Source of the DNA: an uncultured virus (IMG/VR IMGVR_UViG_3300032334_001399)
Taxonomy: Duplodnaviria; Heunggongvirae; Uroviricota; Caudoviricetes
IMG/VR virus record: IMGVR_UViG_3300032334_001399
Direction: 5' to 3' (one strand)
DNA: 64,000 nt
Translations under genes and position numbers: made by a program
Notes under the pieces: model-generated
What the model was told of the DNA's origin: nothing
Seen by the model: only the letters and a program-made list of their open reading frames with translations
Database searches by the model: none
Shown here: in pieces, positions 46,127-56,100 of the stretch
Numbering within the stretch: the first letter of the stretch is position 1
Layout: every line of letters starts with the position of its first letter

Positions 46127-46662
46127 TAGAGCACGAGTCTTGTATCTCGTTAAAACACTCACGTTGTTGGAATCCTAAGTCTAGGTTAAAAACTCCGCGT
46201 GAGGAAGGTGCAGGACTTGGACAGATTACCAGGGCTTTTAAACCAGATGGTGCTATTAGATTTGATGCTCTTTCAGACCTAAAGCATAAATATCCTCGAG
46301 AACTTTACGATCTTAACTGGCAAACGGTTTATGATAGGCCAGATCTACAAATTCGTGCACTAGCATTAATGATGCGTGATAACTATCAACAATTTGATAA
46401 ATATGTACCAGACAAACGTGAAGCATATGCATTTGCAGATGCTGCCTATAATGGCGGTTTAGGTGGAGTAGATCATGAACGTAGGGCTTGTAAATTAGCA
46501 AGCTGGTGTGATCCTAACAGGTGGTTTGATAATGTAGAAAAGCTGTGCTTAAAGTCTAAGGCGGCATTATACGGTAATCGTAGTGCTTGTGATATTAATC
46601 GTCACCATGTTCAAGATGTAATTAATAATCGTAGTGCTAAATATGCACCGTATTTAAATTAG
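46087..46662 (+). CDS. Lytic transglycosylase (SLT-like) endolysin domain, -1 frame relative to the upstream ORF
   Basis: IEHES catalytic Glu motif, GLGQIT, AAYNGG; six Cys; weak TTG start with no usable SD. Confidence 0.8.
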   Translation: MGYTPKAQYLASLIEHESCISLKHSRCWNPKSRLKTPREEGAGLGQITRAFKPDGAIRFDALSDLKHKYPRELYDLNWQTVYDRPDLQIRALALMMRDNYQQFDKYVPDKREAYAFADAAYNGGLGGVDHERRACKLASWCDPNRWFDNVEKLCLKSKAALYGNRSACDINRHHVQDVINNRSAKYAPYLN

Positions 46663-46670
46663 GAGTTAGT

Positions 46671-48896
46671 ATGGCAAATACTGCGATATCAGCACTACCC
46701 ACAGTTACTACACCACTTGCTGGTACTGAAGTTTTGCCCATTGTACAAAGCAGTAGTACTAAACGCGTAACTATTTCGCAAATTGCTAGTTATATTGGTA
46801 GTTATACACTACCCACAGCTAGTGCTAGTGTACTAGGTGGTATTAAAGTAGGCACTGGACTTAGTATTGACGGCAGTAGTATATTAAGTGTAACTGGTTT
46901 AACTTCTACTAGCTATACAGGCCAGTCAATTAATTTAACAATTAAACCAGCTCAACAAACTGGTGCACAAAGCGGCGGAACCTTATATCTACAGGGAGCC
47001 GATGTTACAAATGCTAGTGCTAATACGTATTCTGGTAGAGTTTATATATCAGGCGGTGCTACTTCAGCAGGTATAGCAACTGGCGGTCCAATTACAATTA
47101 TTGGTGGTAGCTCTACAAATACTGTAGGTGGTTCAATTAATATTACTGGTGGTCAAGGCGGTGATGTTGCCAATGGCGGATCAGTTATTATAACTTCTGG
47201 TGCTGATGGTGGTAATGGTGGTTCAACTGGAGACATAACATTAACAGTTAATGGTGGAACTATTGGTAGTGGTAATTTGTATTTAACAAATGTAAATACA
47301 AACGGCACATCCTATGTTCGTTTAACTAGCGGTGGTCTTATTAATATAGCTTCAGCAGTTGCTGGTAGTATTAATAATATGACCGTTGGTATTACTACGC
47401 CACTAGCTGCAAAATTTACTACTATTACTGCTACTGGTAATGTTACATTAAGCAGTACTCTAACAGCCGGTGGTGGAGTAGGCACTAATGGTCAAGTATT
47501 AACTTCAACTGCTAGTGGTGTGCAATGGTCTACGGTTAGCAGTGGTGCTAGTGCTACCACTACTATTCAAAATAAAAGTGCGGCATATACAGTAGTTGCT
47601 GGTGATTTAGGCACAATTATTAATTGTACTAGTGGTACATTTACTGTGTCATTAACTGCTGCTGCTACCCTAGGTGCTGGATTTACGGTTACTATTTGGA
47701 ATACTTCTACTACATCAACCGATGCAATTACAATAGATCCAAATGGATCCGAAACAATTGACGGAAAAACTACACGAATTCTTCGTCGCGGCGAAGGTAT
47801 GCAAATTGTATGTGATGGCACAAACTGGCAATCTGGCAGTAAAAAGGCAATGCTGCTTTATGCAGAAAATATGGATCCTGTTAATAGTACACTTCCTCAA
47901 GCTATTGGAGATCGTGCTTTTGCTATTGGTCCAAATAATACTGCAAATGGTATATATTCTTCTGTTATAGGATATAATAATACTGCTAATGGTACTGCTG
48001 ATTTTGTAGCAGGAACTTCTTCTTCTACAGGCTCAGGTGGTTATGCTATTGCTATTAATGGTAATGCAAATTCAGGAAATTCTACAGCAATAGGTCATAA
48101 TTCTGGAGTAAATAGAGCCATTGCTGCAGGTTCCGGAGCAGTAGCTCTTGGTGGTTCTTATGCTAGTGGAAATGATAGTTTTGCTGCTGGTATTGGCAAT
48201 AATTCAAGTAGTTATGGTGCAAAAAATACTAATGCAGTTGCTTTAGGTAATAGTGCAGTTGTTACAGGGTTGTGGGCAGTAGCAATAGGGTATCTTGCTT
48301 CAGCAAGTGGAAATGTATCTATTGCACTTGGACGAGAGACAGAAGCTTCAGCTTTATCTTCTATAGCATTAAATGGAGGCAAAGCTTCTGCTGAACGATC
48401 AATGGCAGCAGGTAGAAATGCTAAAGCAGAACTAGTAGGCAAATATGCTTATTCCGGAGAAGCAGATTTTGGAGCAACTAGTATATATAGCCAACAAGGC
48501 ACATATGTTTTAATATGCCCAACTACTAATGCAACTCCAGTTGTTTTAACAACTAATAATACTACTGCAAGCGCTATCAACCAAATAATTTTGCAAAATA
48601 ATAGTGCATATGCTTTTACAGGAATTATTATTGCTCGTCAACAAGCTGCTGCTGGCAATGATTTTGCTGCTTGGGAAATTAAGGGTGGCATTGTTCGTGG
48701 TGCAGGGGCAGGCACAACTGCTTTAGGCACATATAATATTAACGTATTAAGTAAATCTGCTGGTGCAGTAACTTGGACTATAGCACTATCAGCCGATACC
48801 GCAAACGGTGGATTAGCCATTACTGTAACTGGAGCAGCTGCCGTAAATATTCGTTGGGTTGCAACTGTACAAACCAGTGAGGTTACTTATGCATAA
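46671..48896 (+). CDS. Tail fibre with YadA-head-like repeats
   Basis: ISALPTVTTP N-terminus, LPTASASVLGGIKVG, Gly-rich strands, repeated AFAIG/STAIG/AVALG/SIALG. Confidence 0.7.
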   Translation: MANTAISALPTVTTPLAGTEVLPIVQSSSTKRVTISQIASYIGSYTLPTASASVLGGIKVGTGLSIDGSSILSVTGLTSTSYTGQSINLTIKPAQQTGAQSGGTLYLQGADVTNASANTYSGRVYISGGATSAGIATGGPITIIGGSSTNTVGGSINITGGQGGDVANGGSVIITSGADGGNGGSTGDITLTVNGGTIGSGNLYLTNVNTNGTSYVRLTSGGLINIASAVAGSINNMTVGITTPLAAKFTTITATGNVTLSSTLTAGGGVGTNGQVLTSTASGVQWSTVSSGASATTTIQNKSAAYTVVAGDLGTIINCTSGTFTVSLTAAATLGAGFTVTIWNTSTTSTDAITIDPNGSETIDGKTTRILRRGEGMQIVCDGTNWQSGSKKAMLLYAENMDPVNSTLPQAIGDRAFAIGPNNTANGIYSSVIGYNNTANGTADFVAGTSSSTGSGGYAIAINGNANSGNSTAIGHNSGVNRAIAAGSGAVALGGSYASGNDSFAAGIGNNSSSYGAKNTNAVALGNSAVVTGLWAVAIGYLASASGNVSIALGRETEASALSSIALNGGKASAERSMAAGRNAKAELVGKYAYSGEADFGATSIYSQQGTYVLICPTTNATPVVLTTNNTTASAINQIILQNNSAYAFTGIIIARQQAAAGNDFAAWEIKGGIVRGAGAGTTALGTYNINVLSKSAGAVTWTIALSADTANGGLAITVTGAAAVNIRWVATVQTSEVTYA

Positions 48897-48905
48897 GGAT
48901 AACAC

Positions 48906-49355
48906 ATGGGTGCTATAAATTTTGATAATACTGGCTCTGGCAGTTCAGTAACCTTATCTTCTAATGGAACCTCACTATTATTAAATGGTGGTCCAGTAGG
49001 TGCTAATAGTCCTGTTATATTAGATGATGTCAGTGGTTTAGCAGACAGCTATAACTCAGTGTTTACACTAAGAATTGCCGGCACAGCAGTTTCTACAACA
49101 TATATTGTAGATTCTAAAGATCTTCAAGTAACTGTAGACGGTAGAAGATTACAACCTTATACCACTACTCAAGATTTCGTTTTTATGCCGTCCTATGACG
49201 CATACAAGGGATTTAGGGTGCGAGAAAATAAGTTGATTATATACAACGCACCAGAAGTAGGAAGTCAGATTAGTGTAATAGCACAACCAACTTCCACAAC
49301 AAAACAAATTCGCAGATATCCATTTTCTGCAACTAATATAGGGCTTGGAGATTAA
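48906..49355 (+). CDS. Virion-associated hypothetical protein
   Basis: 149 aa, SD AAGGA; ILDDVSG...LQVTVDG...IIYNAPEVG. Confidence 0.6.
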   Translation: MGAINFDNTGSGSSVTLSSNGTSLLLNGGPVGANSPVILDDVSGLADSYNSVFTLRIAGTAVSTTYIVDSKDLQVTVDGRRLQPYTTTQDFVFMPSYDAYKGFRVRENKLIIYNAPEVGSQISVIAQPTSTTKQIRRYPFSATNIGLGD

Positions 49356-49356
49356 T

Positions 49357-52300
49357 ATGGCCAAACACGTAATTTTAGAATCTTATACATTTACACCATC
49401 AACTCGCACAGTTGTTCTTACTGGCAAAAATGTACGACGTGAACAATTACTGCTTATTACAAATACTACTACAAATACAGTAGTATATAATTTTAGTGAT
49501 CCAGACCTAAAGGCAACTAGCTATACTAATGCTGTTGACTCAAATACAGGTCAGGAAACTACTACAATTGTTCTTAACTATAATACTACCTCAATGAGCG
49601 CAAGTGATAAGCTGAGTATTATGGTTGAAGAAACTTATTTTGAAATTTTACCTGCTGAGGTTATGCGTGACCCAGTAGATAAATTGCGCGTAAGTACACC
49701 ACAAAGTTTGATTGATACTGACTTTGAGTATGGTCAACAACCAACTAAGTGGGAAAGTATTACACTACTCAATAACCGCCCTAGTGCTAACTATGATAGT
49801 ACGCAACCAGCTATTATTAGTAATATTACTGCTAGTGGTAATACAGTTACTGTTACTTTAAACGCATTTAATGCTAGTACTGGTATTGTAACTGCTGGTA
49901 TTGTTTCTACAATTACTGGTATTGGTAGTACTGCTGGTTTATATCCTGGTGCCGTACTAGTTAAACAAAGTGGTACAGGTGCTTTTGGTAGTGGTACTAC
50001 AGTAGTGTTATCAGTAGACAGTACAACACAGATTACTGTACAAAGTGGTAGTGCAATGACTGCTGGTGCTATTGTATTTACTACTCAACTACCCACAACA
50101 TATCAGCCAATATTTGTACAAGGTACACTAGATGGTGCAAATGCTGATGGTTGGTGGGTATGTATAACTAGTAGTACAGCTACTGGTATATTTACTTATA
50201 CTACTATTAGTACCCCTGCTACTTCATTATTTGATAGCAGTAGAAGCTATATTTGGTTTGCAAATTTTTATACTGGTGCAGCACTTCTTGCCTCAGGAAG
50301 TGCTATTACATTGGATGGTACTAGGGCTACTGTAACTACTACTAATGGTCATGGTTTGCGCATTGGTGATTCAGTATTTATTGCAAATGTTAGTCTTACC
50401 GCATTAAATGGTAGTTACGTTGTTGAACGCACTCCTACTACAAATACATTTACTTTTTTAACTACACAAAGTGCTGCAGTTACTGCAACAACAAATGGCA
50501 GTATTTATCCACGTGCACAAGGTTATGTACAACACAGGCCTTTTGATGGCGGAGTGCAATTTAGTAATGTTAGTGCCTATCACGGCTATCAAGTTATTCG
50601 TCAAACACGCCGTCAATTCCGTTATCAAAGTGGCAAGGGAATTCAGTTCTCAACAGGCAGTATTTTAAAACCTTCGCTATTTGTTGAAAATTTAACTAGC
50701 AGCGGCACCACAATTACAGTAACTTGTAAATATCCACATGGATTGTTGGCAGGATCTGTAATTAAAGTTATTGGCAGTACTGATACTGCATATAATGGTA
50801 ATTTTACAGTAACTGGAGTTAGTGGACTAACATTTACTTATACCAGTGCTACTACTCCAGCATTGTCTCCAGCACCAGGATTTCCAATTACTGTAAGCCC
50901 ATGGACTTGGTATGGCAGCTATAATCGTGTTGGTATGTTTGATCAACAAAATGGATTTTTCTTTGAGTATGATGGCCAAACACTATATTGTGTAAAACGC
51001 AGTAGTACTACACAAATTTCTGGTTCAATTGCAGTTAATGCTGGATCTAATGCAGTAACTGGAACTAGTACTAAGTTTAGTCAACAACTTAAGCCAGGTG
51101 ACTATATAGTTATTCGTGGTATGAGTTACATTGTGCAGGCACTTACCAGCGATACTGCCTTAACTATTTATCCTGAATATCGTGGTGCAGCTAATATTAG
51201 TGGAGCTGTAGTTAGTAAAACTATTGATACCCGATACCCTCAAAGTTCTTGGAACATTGATAAAATGGACGGCACAGGCGCAAGTCTAATGAACGTAGAC
51301 TTGACTAAAATGCAGATGTTTTATTGCGATTTTACTTGGTATGGTGCTGGTGCAATTCGTTTTGGATTTAAAAATAATCGTGGTGAAGTAGTTTATTGTC
51401 ATAGAATTCCTAACAACAATATTAATACTGAAGCGTATATGCGTAGTGGTAATATGGTTGCACGCTATGAAACCAATACTCTAACGCCTTATACTTATCT
51501 TACCGCAACTTTAGCTAGTGGTGCTACTTCAATGACAGTGGCTGATGCTAGTGGATTTCCACCTGCAGGTACTGTAGTTGTATCGCAAGCTGCTGATACT
51601 GGTGGTGTAATTGAGTATGTTAGTTATACTAGTAAAACTGGTAATACACTAAACGGTCTTACCAGAAACATTCAAAATATTACTATTGTTGGTGCAGGCA
51701 CCACAGCCGGTGGTAGTACCACTGCAACAACATTTACCGTTAGTGGAGTAACTACAGGTAGTTTAGGTGGTACTGCTCCTATTAAAGTAGAATTATACGG
51801 CCCAAGTCAAGCAAGTACAGTTAGCCACTGGGGTAGTGCAGTTATCATGGATGGCCGTTATGACGACGACAAATCCTTAGTTTTCGTAGGCGGTATGAAT
51901 CGTACGCAAGCTATTAATAATGTTGGACAAGATATTACTGTTCCACTAATTAGTATTCGCATTGCACCTAGTGTTGATAATGGATTAACTGGCATATTAG
52001 GATCGCGAGAAATTATCAATCGTATGCAATTAGTTATGCGTAGTTTGTCAGCATTTACTAGTGGTACAACATTCCTAATTACATTGCGATTAAATGGCAG
52101 AGTTAGTGCCGGTCAATTTGCACAGGTGGGTGGTTCTAGTCTTGCACAAGTAGCTGTACATGCTAGTGGTACTACAATTACTGGCGGCGAAACTGTGTTT
52201 GGTTTTTATACTGCACCTGGTGTTAATACTGAGGACTTGAATCAAGTTCGTGATTTAGGTACTAGTATTTTAGGTGGTGGTACAAGTAATGTTTGCCCAA

Positions 52301-52422
52301 CAGGATTTCAAAACTTGTATCCAGATGGTCCTGATATTGTTACAATTTGTGCTACAAACGTTACCTCAACTACTACAAACAGTATTTTAGCACGTATTAG
52401 CTGGACAGAAGCGCAAGCTTAA
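49357..52422 (+). CDS. Large virion structural protein (fibre/baseplate-associated)
   Basis: SD GGAG; DPVDKLRVSTPQSLIDTDFEYG; repeated HGL..G..V...NG...V...TFT modules; DFTWYGAG. Confidence 0.65.
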   Translation: MAKHVILESYTFTPSTRTVVLTGKNVRREQLLLITNTTTNTVVYNFSDPDLKATSYTNAVDSNTGQETTTIVLNYNTTSMSASDKLSIMVEETYFEILPAEVMRDPVDKLRVSTPQSLIDTDFEYGQQPTKWESITLLNNRPSANYDSTQPAIISNITASGNTVTVTLNAFNASTGIVTAGIVSTITGIGSTAGLYPGAVLVKQSGTGAFGSGTTVVLSVDSTTQITVQSGSAMTAGAIVFTTQLPTTYQPIFVQGTLDGANADGWWVCITSSTATGIFTYTTISTPATSLFDSSRSYIWFANFYTGAALLASGSAITLDGTRATVTTTNGHGLRIGDSVFIANVSLTALNGSYVVERTPTTNTFTFLTTQSAAVTATTNGSIYPRAQGYVQHRPFDGGVQFSNVSAYHGYQVIRQTRRQFRYQSGKGIQFSTGSILKPSLFVENLTSSGTTITVTCKYPHGLLAGSVIKVIGSTDTAYNGNFTVTGVSGLTFTYTSATTPALSPAPGFPITVSPWTWYGSYNRVGMFDQQNGFFFEYDGQTLYCVKRSSTTQISGSIAVNAGSNAVTGTSTKFSQQLKPGDYIVIRGMSYIVQALTSDTALTIYPEYRGAANISGAVVSKTIDTRYPQSSWNIDKMDGTGASLMNVDLTKMQMFYCDFTWYGAGAIRFGFKNNRGEVVYCHRIPNNNINTEAYMRSGNMVARYETNTLTPYTYLTATLASGATSMTVADASGFPPAGTVVVSQAADTGGVIEYVSYTSKTGNTLNGLTRNIQNITIVGAGTTAGGSTTATTFTVSGVTTGSLGGTAPIKVELYGPSQASTVSHWGSAVIMDGRYDDDKSLVFVGGMNRTQAINNVGQDITVPLISIRIAPSVDNGLTGILGSREIINRMQLVMRSLSAFTSGTTFLITLRLNGRVSAGQFAQVGGSSLAQVAVHASGTTITGGETVFGFYTAPGVNTEDLNQVRDLGTSILGGGTSNVCPTGFQNLYPDGPDIVTICATNVTSTTTNSILARISWTEAQA

Positions 52423-52437
52423 ACTTAGGAGAACTAA

Positions 52438-52971
52438 ATGGCTAGTAGGGATTTTCTTAAACATCTAGTCTCCATAAGTGAACCTACTGCAAGTACCGTA
52501 GGCGATGAGTGGTTTGACCCAACCACTAATCGCCTATATAAAAGAGTAGTTGTTGGTGGAACTAATGTAGCATGGAGAGAAGTACAAACTATTACTGCTA
52601 CTGATTCAAATGTAATTACTATAAGTAATAAACGAATTATTCCAAGAATTAGTTCTGCTGCAACTATTACTTCACCGCTTGTTTGGAACAGTGATAACTT
52701 TGATCAGTATTGTGCTACAGCACAAAATACTGGATTAACAATTAATGCAGACAGCGGCAATCCAGTAGACGGTCAAAAAATTATTTTTAGATTTTTAGAC
52801 AACGCAGTAGCCCAAGCACTAACTTGGACTACTGGCGCTGCTAAGGCTTTTCGTGCAGTTGGTGTCTCACTTCCCACAACCACTGTGGCAGGCAAAACCC
52901 TATATGTTGGATGCAGCTATAATGCCAGTGTATTGCGCTGGGATGTGATTGCAGTTGCACAAGAAGCATAA
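52438..52971 (+). CDS. Tail fibre-associated protein
   Basis: EPT...GDEWFD; GNPVDGQKIIFR; WDVIAVAQEA C-terminus. Confidence 0.6.
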   Translation: MASRDFLKHLVSISEPTASTVGDEWFDPTTNRLYKRVVVGGTNVAWREVQTITATDSNVITISNKRIIPRISSAATITSPLVWNSDNFDQYCATAQNTGLTINADSGNPVDGQKIIFRFLDNAVAQALTWTTGAAKAFRAVGVSLPTTTVAGKTLYVGCSYNASVLRWDVIAVAQEA

Positions 52972-52989
52972 TTTTTTAAGGCAAATAAT

Positions 52990-53166
52990 ATGAAAATTGA
53001 TTTTGAATTTCAAACACCACACGGTGTTTTTAGAGATGCACTGCACTTTTATGGCGATGTGATTCCTAGTGACGAAGAAATTGAGTTGATGAAACAGCAA
53101 CGACTAAATAACTGGCTTGCTATAGTCAATCCACCTGCTATTGAAGAAACACCTGTTCAGGAGTAA
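52990..53166 (+). CDS. Small hypothetical protein (58 aa, absent from the ORF track)
   Basis: ATG 52990 to TAA 53166, MKIDFEFQTPHGVFRDALHF...; fills the operon gap. Confidence 0.7.
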   Translation: MKIDFEFQTPHGVFRDALHFYGDVIPSDEEIELMKQQRLNNWLAIVNPPAIEETPVQE

Positions 53167-53169
53167 ATT

Positions 53170-56100
53170 ATGGCCCAACTTTACTGGGTTGGTGGTACCG
53201 CCAACTGGGATGGAATCGCTGGCACTAAGTGGGCTTCAAGTTCTGGCGGTACCGGCGGTCAACCTGCGCCTGGAGCATTTGATAATGTATTTTTCGATGC
53301 TAATTCTGGACCAGTAACAGTAACACTTACTGCAATTGTAGGTTGTTTAAATTTAAATTTTACAGGATTTACAGGTACATTTGCTGGTTCAACTAATTTT
53401 TCCCTTTATGCAGGGCTAACCCTTAGTTCTAGTATGACTTGGACAAATACAAGTACAATTAGTTTTTCTGGAACTGGTATTATTCCAATTACAACTGAAG
53501 GTAAAACTATTGGTCCAATTGTACTTAATGATCCAGGAGGAAGGTGGCAACTAGGCAGTGCATTTGCAAATTCAGGGGCAATTACACTAACTAACGGTCA
53601 ATTTAAAACTAATAATTATGCTTTAACTACTTCTGGTATATCTAGTAGTAATAGTAATACCAGAACAATAGATTTAGGTTCCAGCACTGTTGCAATAAAT
53701 GGTGGAGTGGGTATAGATTTTACAACTTCCACTAACTTAACTTTTAATGCTGGCACATCGTCAATATCGTTGTCATCAGCAGGGGTTACGCTAGCCGGTG
53801 GAAATAGAACTTTTTATAATGTATCTTTTACTAATACCACAGCAAGTAACGTAGAATTTATACAAGGTGCAAATACATTTAATAATTTAACATTTACAGG
53901 CACTGCGGCAGCCGGATTTAGTACCATTTATTTTTATGCTGGACAAACAATCAACGGTACACTTTCTACCACAGGCACGGCAGGTAATCGCAGAATATTA
54001 CTGAGATCCGATACAGTTGGGATTGCTTATACTCTTACCATTAACGGCACTCCAAGCCTGACGGATGCAGACTTCCGTGACCTCTACGTCATTGGTACTG
54101 CCGCTCCTATTGACGGGACCCGGATTGGTAACTTGCGCGGGTGTTCTGGTATTAACTTTAGTACACCTAAAACAGTGTATTGGAATGCAGCAGCAAGCGC
54201 AAACTGGTCTGATGACGTTTGGGCTGCAACTTCTGGTGGATCTACTAGCACCAGTAATTTTCCGTTGGCACAAGATACGGCCATATTTAATAACGCCAGC
54301 GCAGGAAATCAACTGATTCTTAACAGCGCAATTGGTTATGTCCCGTCTGTTGATTTTTCAGCAAGAACAGTTACTTTTACCGTCAACTTTTTCCAAGCAA
54401 ACACTTGCTATGGAAACTGGACATTTGGCTCTGGCGTAACAACTACTTCGGGCTCCACTTTAACATTCTCAGGACGCAACACACAGACCATTACTAGTGC
54501 TGGCATAGCATTTAGCGGTAGCATTTTCATCGATTCCTACGGTGGTACAGTACAACTGGCTGATGCATTAAATAACGGCTCAAACAATGTTTTTTCAGTA
54601 ACCAATGGTACATTTGACACCAAAAACTATAGTCTTACAACAGGCGGATTTAGTTCAAACAATAGTAATGTAAGAACCATTTTGTTTGGTAGCAGTACGA
54701 TTTCTATTGCCAGCACGGTGTTTAGTTTATCGAGTACTAACTTAACATTTAATTGTGGTACATCTCAAATTACGATGAGCAATTCAGCGCAGTTTGCTTT
54801 TACGGGTGGCAGTCAAACTTTTTATAATGTATCATTTACAGGTATTTCTTTTAATTCTATCGAGCTACAAGGCACTAACACCTTTAACAATCTATTATTT
54901 ACTCCTTATTTTACTGACGTCATAAAGCCGATTATTTTTTCAGCAAATCAAACCATCAACGGAACCCTTACCACTGCAGCAGCCACAGCAGTACGACGCA
55001 TATGGTTTCAATCTAACACTTCTGGCACTACTCGTACTCTAACGGTTAATTCGCTTGCTGCAACTGATTGCGACTTTAGTGACATTAAAATTGCCGGAAC
55101 CGCTGCCGGTTCTTCGCCAATTCGCGCAGGAGATTGTGGTAACAATACAGGAATTACGTTTTCCTCAAAAACTGTATACTGGAATCTTGCTGGCACTCAA
55201 AATTGGAGTGCCGCAGCTTGGGCTACTACTTCTGGTGGTACACCAAACATAAACAATTTTCCACTTGCTCAAGATACTGCGGTGTTTGATAACGCAGGCT
55301 CGGCAGGGACTGTAAACATAAATACCGCTTGGAACTTACCAAACTTAAATTTTAGTGCTAGAACATCAGCAATGACGTTTAATCATGGCGGATATGGTCC
55401 TACGGCTTACGGCGGCTGGGCTTGGGGTTCTGGAGTTACTTCTACTGCAACCCCTACTGGATCAATTTCTTTTGCTTCAAGGGGAATTAAAACATTTACT
55501 AGCAATGGAGTTACAACAGGTTTTAATGTAACGGTAAATGCTGTAACAGGAACGCTACAGCTTGGTGATTCGCTAACGCTTGGCAGCACCAACACTTTAA
55601 CTTTAATCAGCGGCACATTTGACGCTGTGACGTACAACGTAACTGTAGGTAATTTTCTAGCAAACGGGTCTGCTTTCCCTTCTGTTTTAAGAATGGGGTC
55701 AGGTTCGTGGACTTTAACCGCTTCTGGTTTGACTCCTTGGAATATTTCTGCATCAAACTTTACCTTTTACAAAGGAACGGCAAATATATTTATGCCGATA
55801 ACCAATCAGTTTAGTGGCTTCGGTCTTTCCTATAATAAACTAACACTAACTGGTTCGGCGGCTTCATCAACTTCATTTATCACTGGTAACAATCAATTTA
55901 CTGAACTTGCATCAACGGTAACAATTGCGCATACCATTTCTCTTGGTTCAACTACTCAAACACTTGGAGCATGGACTGTCACGGGAACAGCAGGCAACGT
56001 AGTTACTATTTCTGGCACGGCAACCATCACCATTGCTGGCGCACGGGTATCGGGCGTTGATTACCTTGCCCTTGGGACTACCACAATTAGCGCCACAAGC

